Source: Candidatus Spongiisociaceae bacterium (lineage in GTDB: Bacteria; Actinomycetota; Acidimicrobiia; Spongiisociales; Spongiisociaceae). Taken from it: DNA of 64,000 nt. The position numbers and the translations under genes are program-made. Where the stretch lies: the NCBI GenBank assembly GCA_965262915.1, contig OZ253564.1, positions 64,001 through 128,000 on the forward strand. Reading direction: 5' to 3'. Shown here in pieces: positions 58,729 to 64,000 of this stretch (the first letter of the stretch is position 1; each line of letters starts with the position of its first letter). A model generated the notes under the pieces. It worked only from the letters and a program-made list of their open reading frames with translations. It had not been told where the DNA came from and ran no database searches.

Positions 58729-60519
58729 TCAGTTGTCCTCGTACCAGTCGTTGAAGCCACGCCCGATATTGACGTGCACGTTCTTGGTTTCCATGTACTC
58801 GTGTAGCGACTCCAGACCCAGGTCGTGGCCGGTACCGCTCTCCTTGTAGCCACCGAAGGGCGCCTCGCTCGGGTAGACCCCGAAGTGGTTGACCCAGATC
58901 GAGCCGGCCTCCAAGTCCCGCGCCACTCTATGCGCCCTGCCTACATCGGTGGTCCAGATCCCGGCTGCCAATCCGTAACGGACGTCGTTGGCGAGCCGGA
59001 CCGCCTCCTCCTCGCCGGTGAACGGCATCACCACCGCTACCGGACCGAATATCTCCTCCTGCGAGATCCGGAATCCGGGTTCGACGTCCACGAAGCAGGT
59101 GGGCCTCATGAAGTTGCCCCGCGCGAGTTCGGGATCGTCGGGCGGGGTCCCCCCGCCGATGACTGTGGCTCCCTCGGCCCGGCCGATTTCCACGTACTCG
59201 TAGACCCGCTCCATCTGCCGCTCGTTCACCAGGGGCCCCAACTGGGTAGCCCACCGCCACGGAAGCCCGATCCGGATCGACGCCGCCCGAGCGGCGAAGC
59301 GCTCCACGAAGTCATCGTAGACGGACCGCTCCACGAGGATTCTCGAACCGGCGGAGCACACCTGCCCCTGCGCCAGGTAGATACCGAACAGGGCGCCGCT
59401 CACCGCCCGGTCCAGGTCGGCATCGGCAAAGACGATGGACGGCGACTTGCCGCCCAGTTCCAGTGACACCCGCTTGATGGTACCGGCCGACCCGCGCATG
59501 ACCGAACGGCCGACGACCGTCGATCCGGTGAAGGCGATCTTGTCCACTCCCCGGTGCTCGACGAGTGCCTGGCCCGCAACCTCGCCGGCGCCCGGGACCA
59601 CGTTGAAAACCCCGGGAGGCAGCCCGGCTTCCAGGCAGATACGGCCCAGTTCCAGGCAGGAAAGGGGGGCCAGCTCCGGCGGTTTGAGCACCACGGTGTT
59701 GCCAGCCGCCAGGGCCGCGGCGGCCTTGCGACAGGCGATGTGCAGGGGGAAGTTCCAGGGGATGATCATGCCCACCACCCCCATCGGCTCCTTGCGCACG
59801 TAGTCGAGGGAGTCCTGCGGAAGGGCGAGCACCCTACCGTCGATAGCCCGTACCAGGCCCTGGAAGAACCGGAACGGATCCCACGAGGCGGGCAGGTCGA
59901 TCAGGGTGGTCTCCCGTATCGGGCGCCCCACGTCCTGGCTCTCCACCTTGGCCAGGAACTCGTGCTCCCCCTCGATACGCTCCGCGACCTTGAGCAAGAG
60001 GCCGGCACGCTCGGCGGGATCGAGCACCCGCCACCTACGGAACGCCCTCCGGGCGGACCGGACCGCCAGATCCATGTCCTCCGCGGCGGCGGACGCCACC
60101 TCGACGATCGTCTCGTTGGTGGCCGGATCGACCGAACGGTTGGTAGCGCCTCCGGCGGCGTCCCTGAACTCACCGTCGATCAGGAGTTTGGGATGCATGC
60201 GGGCGGGGTCCGGGAGGCCCTCGAAGCGGGGCTTGGCCGCCGTGGCCGCTCTTGGAGGTAACGGTGCATCCCGAGCCGCGGTCACCCGTGGCGGCGGGGG
60301 AGGCGGTGCGGGGATGCTCGGTCGCCGCCTCCGGGCCGGCCCATCGACTGCGGTGGTCCGCGGGGCGGCCAGGCGTGACCCCTCCACCAGCCTCACACCC
60401 AGACGCCGGGCCTCGTCTAAGGCCGCGTCGGTCAGCACCGTCCCCTCGCGCATCATCAACTCGAACTCGCCGATCTCCGCCAGCCCCCGGATGTCCTCGC
60501 TGGTCACGAACCGTCTCAT
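58729..60519 (-). CDS. NAD-dependent aldehyde dehydrogenase (non-acylating, betaine/aminoaldehyde-DH-like) with N-terminal EutQ-N-like domain and Pro-rich linker
   Basis: IIPWNFP, LKPPE, FTGSTVVG, LELGGKSP, GQVCSAGSR, EEIFGPV, PFGGYKESG. Confidence 0.93.
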   Translation of the reverse strand: MRRFVTSEDIRGLAEIGEFELMMREGTVLTDAALDEARRLGVRLVEGSRLAAPRTTAVDGPARRRRPSIPAPPPPPPRVTAARDAPLPPRAATAAKPRFEGLPDPARMHPKLLIDGEFRDAAGGATNRSVDPATNETIVEVASAAAEDMDLAVRSARRAFRRWRVLDPAERAGLLLKVAERIEGEHEFLAKVESQDVGRPIRETTLIDLPASWDPFRFFQGLVRAIDGRVLALPQDSLDYVRKEPMGVVGMIIPWNFPLHIACRKAAAALAAGNTVVLKPPELAPLSCLELGRICLEAGLPPGVFNVVPGAGEVAGQALVEHRGVDKIAFTGSTVVGRSVMRGSAGTIKRVSLELGGKSPSIVFADADLDRAVSGALFGIYLAQGQVCSAGSRILVERSVYDDFVERFAARAASIRIGLPWRWATQLGPLVNERQMERVYEYVEIGRAEGATVIGGGTPPDDPELARGNFMRPTCFVDVEPGFRISQEEIFGPVAVVMPFTGEEEAVRLANDVRYGLAAGIWTTDVGRAHRVARDLEAGSIWVNHFGVYPSEAPFGGYKESGTGHDLGLESLHEYMETKNVHVNIGRGFNDWYEDN

Positions 60520-60531
60520 GGCGTCCCCACC

Positions 60532-61350
60532 TCAGACCAGCTCATCGACGATTCCCCGCGCTTCGGACAGGGTAAGGACATGGTAGGAGTCCTGGGCCAC
60601 TCGCTCGCGGAAGTCGGTCACGGTCCAAGGATCGCCTCCGTACTCCCGGTCCTCATCGGTGAGTTCCTTGGGCTCGATCAACGTACCGGGGGTATGGATA
60701 CAGGCCACTTCCTGGGAGGTCATCCCGTCCGGTGCCAGGCCGATCCACATGAGCCCGAGGTCGGGGCGTGCCAGGAAGAAGGGGGGAACTCCCAGATCGA
60801 AGCCGTGCGCGGCCAGGCTTTCGGTCAGGAAGGGGGCCAAGTCGTGGGGGTGCAGATCGGTGTGCAGATAGGTGTGGAAGTGCTCCGTCTCGTGGTCGGC
60901 GAACCACCCGAGTACCTGCTGCCAGTGGTCCGACGCCACGTACGAGCGAATCCCGTCGCGGTCTGCTCCGGTGGCCCTCCTCGGCCCGACATCTTCCAGG
61001 TAGCTCCGTTCTCCCTCGTCGGTCCACACCTCCAGGAAGTCATCGGGGGCGGGAGCGATGACCGAGGAGTCGTCGTAACGCCACACGACGTTCAGCACCG
61101 GCCGGACCTCCGGGTAGATCTTGATCCATCCCCACTCCCCGACGAAGGCGTGGCCCACGTTGCGCACCCGGCGGCCGATCCGGTCCAGGTACTCAACGAA
61201 CAGGAACTCCAGCGAGAGCGGATGGACGGCGGTGGTCACCCTGGCCTCGAAGAAGCTGACCCCCGTATCCTCCAGCAATGCCTGGGCGTCGGCCCACGCA
61301 TCCGAGCGGAAGAAGTCGAGGAGCCCGTCCCGCAGCGTCGTAGGCATCAA
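60532..61350 (-). CDS. Hypothetical protein with internal duplication, within the BMC operon
   Basis: Co-oriented with tight spacing; repeats FFRSDAW...TAVHPLSL..LF.EYL and YVASDHW...TDLHPHDL..FL.ESL. Confidence 0.75.
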   Translation of the reverse strand: MMPTTLRDGLLDFFRSDAWADAQALLEDTGVSFFEARVTTAVHPLSLEFLFVEYLDRIGRRVRNVGHAFVGEWGWIKIYPEVRPVLNVVWRYDDSSVIAPAPDDFLEVWTDEGERSYLEDVGPRRATGADRDGIRSYVASDHWQQVLGWFADHETEHFHTYLHTDLHPHDLAPFLTESLAAHGFDLGVPPFFLARPDLGLMWIGLAPDGMTSQEVACIHTPGTLIEPKELTDEDREYGGDPWTVTDFRERVAQDSYHVLTLSEARGIVDELV

Positions 61351-61403
61351 GGCCGCCCGGACCTAACCGGACCGGTCCGACACGGCGCCTGCCACCGGAA
61401 CGA

Positions 61404-62462
61404 TCACAGGTGGATCACCTGCTGGGTCTCGGCTGATTCGTAGGCGGCGAAGACGACTTCCATGGTCTTGGCATTGTCGGACGCCACGGTGACCGGAGGG
61501 ATGCCATTGTCCAGGTAGTCGAGGAAGGCCATGTAGCAGCCGACGGTTCCCTCCCTGAGCTCGTCCGCCGGCCAGGGAGCCGAATACCCGACCGTGTGCC
61601 CGCCCGGGGACTTGGTGTCCGTCGGTGGATAGTGCCAGCCCTCGAGACCAGGCTTGTCGGTATAGATCCTGTAAGGGTGCTCGGGCTGGTTGATGAACAC
61701 CGAGCCGAGGGTGCCGTCGATCCGCATCCGCATCACGTACTGGTCGCCGCGGGCCGACACCCAGCACTCATCGATACGGGCGATCACCCCGTTGTCGAAC
61801 TCCATCGTGATCATCGCGAAGTTCTCCCCGGCCAACTCCTGGGTCTGGATCTGGCGGGTCATCGCATGCACCCGTGCCACGTCATCATCGACCAGGTGGC
61901 GGATCACGTCTATGTAATGCACGTCCTGCTCGTACATGAGGAACCGTTCCTGGTCCCGCCGGTAGGTGGGGTCGATGTCGTTGATGAACTCCTCCACCCG
62001 GACGTGGAAGAGGTCACCTATCAGCCCGGCGTCGATCCGCGCCTTGGCGTCGATCACGTCCGGGTACCACCAGAAGTTCTCGGCGATCATGAACTTGATG
62101 TCGCTGTCCTCCACCACCTGGACGAGTTCCGCCACCTCCTCGGGTGAGGCGGCCATCGGCTTCTCGCATATCACATGCACGCCGGCCGCGGCCGCCGCCT
62201 TGGTGACCGCCAAGTGGAGGAAGGGAGGCACGCAGACGGAGACGATGTCCAGGTCGGCCTGGCTGATCATCTCCTCGAACGAGCCGTACACGTCGGGGAT
62301 CCCGAACTCGTCCGCCCGCTCCCGGGCCAGGTCCATGTTGAGGTCGGCTATCGCCACCGTCTCCACGCCTTCCACGCGCTGCTGGACGGGCAGGTGGTAG
62401 ACCGAGGCGGCGAACCCCGCCCCCACACATCCGACCCTGTAATTACCGTCGCGTCCGGCCAC
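61404..62462 (-). CDS. Gfo/Idh/MocA family oxidoreductase
   Basis: VGCVGAGFA, VCVPPFLH, CEKPMA, AENF, EQDVHYID; GAGGAG RBS. Confidence 0.92.
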   Translation of the reverse strand: MAGRDGNYRVGCVGAGFAASVYHLPVQQRVEGVETVAIADLNMDLARERADEFGIPDVYGSFEEMISQADLDIVSVCVPPFLHLAVTKAAAAAGVHVICEKPMAASPEEVAELVQVVEDSDIKFMIAENFWWYPDVIDAKARIDAGLIGDLFHVRVEEFINDIDPTYRRDQERFLMYEQDVHYIDVIRHLVDDDVARVHAMTRQIQTQELAGENFAMITMEFDNGVIARIDECWVSARGDQYVMRMRIDGTLGSVFINQPEHPYRIYTDKPGLEGWHYPPTDTKSPGGHTVGYSAPWPADELREGTVGCYMAFLDYLDNGIPPVTVASDNAKTMEVVFAAYESAETQQVIHL

Positions 62463-62481
62463 TGCTCCTCCTCGATCCCTG

Positions 62482-62955
62482 CTAGTGGTCTAGATCCATT
62501 TCTGCGTACCTGGCGCTGATGTCGTCCCACGGCACCAGGGTGTCCGCCCACCAGTGGAGGCGGCCCAGGTACACGCTGAGTTCATGGGTGTATGCCAGGT
62601 ACTCCTCCCGGGTCTCTATGTGATCCAGCGCGTCAAGCGAACTCCGGACCAGGTCGACGCTGTCATCCAGCCCATACCAGTTGTGGAGGATGCCCAATTG
62701 AGCATCGCAGAACATCCGCACCACCTGCTTGAGCGTCTCGAGATCCAGCGACGGGTCCCGCCCGGCGTTGCGCAGCACGGCCATGTCGTCGGCGAAGGCC
62801 CGTGTGTTCTCCTCCGCGCAGATGATCATCGGCCAGCCATAGCCCTTGGTGCCCCGCCGGGTGCGCAACCGGCGCACCTCCTCCGGCATCTCGTACCAGA
62901 TGGCGCTGGTAGCGCGGTTGAGCACCGAGATGGTATTCGCAACCCTGTAATCCAT
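62482..62955 (-). CDS. Cucumopine synthase C-terminal helical-bundle-like protein (stand-alone)
   Basis: IWYEMPEEV..L...GTKG...EENTR...LDLETLK...YGLDD...TREEY....L..Y..RL.WW....PW pattern, recognised from memory. Confidence 0.65.
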   Translation of the reverse strand: MDYRVANTISVLNRATSAIWYEMPEEVRRLRTRRGTKGYGWPMIICAEENTRAFADDMAVLRNAGRDPSLDLETLKQVVRMFCDAQLGILHNWYGLDDSVDLVRSSLDALDHIETREEYLAYTHELSVYLGRLHWWADTLVPWDDISARYAEMDLDH

Positions 62956-63026
62956 GAGTCAGACCATCCTATCGGCCGATGTCAGGGCATCGCCAGCCGC
63001 GACACGATCCCTGCCGGCAGCCGGCG

Positions 63027-64000
63027 TCACGCCACTTCCGCAGCGAGGGCCAAGGCGCGGGCCGGGTTGTCGATGACGGTTCCGTAGAGGGTGTCGACGG
63101 ACATGCCCCGATCTCTCAGTGACGGGAGGATGACGTTCATGATGTGGTCCCACCCGGGTCCGCCGAAGCTCGACAGGCGGGCCTTGAGCCCGATGTCGTG
63201 GGCGAACAGCAGCTTGTCGCCCAAGCCGTCCTCCACCATCCACTCCACGGTCGACATCCGGTCGTCGTCGGATACGTAGACACCGTCCGTCGGGCAGGGA
63301 TGGCCCCAGTCGTCCAGCTCGAGGAAGGTGTCGTAAGTAACTATCTCCTCCAGGTAGGGCCGGTCGTCCGTACAAAGGTCCAGGTGTCCGGCGATCACCC
63401 GGCTGGGATGCACCCCGTGCTCGGTGATCAGGAACTCGAGAATGGAGGGCATCAGGCGCTGCTCGTGGAGGGCGTGGATCTGGATGGCGGCTCCGGTGGC
63501 GTGGTGGGTGATGGCGGACGCCTCCAGCACCTTCCACTCGTTGGGTGTAACCGGGTCGGAGGTGCCGATCTCCCCGATGAGCCCGCACCGGATGTCGGTC
63601 CCGTCCGCCCCCGTGGTGATGTCGCCGATCATCCCGTCGGCCAGCTCCCGGGCGGTCATGGAGTCCACGTACCAGGGGTGGGCGTGGTCGACGTAGTACC
63701 CGGTTCCGGAGATGATGTTGATCCCGACGTCGTCGGCGATCTTGCGGAGCCCCCACACGTCCCTGCCGAGACCGAGGTTCGAGGAGTCGACCACGCTCCG
63801 CCCCAGGGCCATCTTGAACCGCCGGATCTCCTGGGCGCTGAGACGCCAGTCGGTGTTGATCAGGTTGTCGCGGCTGCGGTAGGGGAACTCGCGGAGCAGC
63901 GCGGCGTTGTGGGGGGTGACCGGAACGTACGAATCGGAACCCAGGCCCCGGTGGTTTCCCTCCAGGAACCACATCAGGCACGTGAACAGCAGATGCTCGT
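63027..64000 (-). CDS. Phosphotriesterase-family (PTER-like) protein, 5' end outside window
   Basis: (H)EHLL at the window edge, SGTGYY, GLIGEIG, IHA, GHLD, FAHD, NPARAL; close paralog of 732-1826. Confidence 0.9.
   Translation of the reverse strand, partial: EHLLFTCLMWFLEGNHRGLGSDSYVPVTPHNAALLREFPYRSRDNLINTDWRLSAQEIRRFKMALGRSVVDSSNLGLGRDVWGLRKIADDVGINIISGTGYYVDHAHPWYVDSMTARELADGMIGDITTGADGTDIRCGLIGEIGTSDPVTPNEWKVLEASAITHHATGAAIQIHALHEQRLMPSILEFLITEHGVHPSRVIAGHLDLCTDDRPYLEEIVTYDTFLELDDWGHPCPTDGVYVSDDDRMSTVEWMVEDGLGDKLLFAHDIGLKARLSSFGGPGWDHIMNVILPSLRDRGMSVDTLYGTVIDNPARALALAAEVA

Noticed and set aside
56828-60519. Calling the locus eut, pdu or carboxysome
   Set aside because: No ethanolamine ammonia-lyase, diol dehydratase, glycyl radical enzyme, RuBisCO or acylating AldDH in view

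Overview
High-GC actinobacterial DNA. Gene content suggests class Acidimicrobiia and possibly a marine or sponge-associated lineage; both are inferences. The window has a housekeeping core: nfo, pyrE, uppS, pepP, a split arg operon (argCJBD ... argRGH) with ARG boxes before both halves, and sahR-ahcY. It also has an alpha-glucoside ABC transporter with GH1/GH13 glycosidases. A mobile/defence patch at 4.2-9.7 kb holds a 587-bp internally deleted Tn3 element and an ApeA-like HEPN gene broken by a 144-bp MITE and an IS1380. A ~165-bp CTAG-associated MITE family is dispersed through the window. The standout is a minus-strand bacterial microcompartment (BMC) locus at ~48.7-64 kb. It has a minimal shell (BMC-H, BMC-P, BMC-T of the CcmP/CsoS1D type) and a non-acylating aldehyde dehydrogenase. 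The dehydrogenase and a cyclophilin-like protein share a 47-aa EutQ-N-like leader. A separate cucumopine-synthase-like helical bundle gene looks like the missing half of a split McbB/Cus Pictet-Spenglerase-type enzyme. The locus also carries a Gfo/Idh/MocA oxidoreductase, a PTER-like phosphotriesterase, an internally duplicated unknown protein, a CocE hydrolase and a polyamine-type ABC importer. All family calls come from recognising motifs by eye; no database searches were run.
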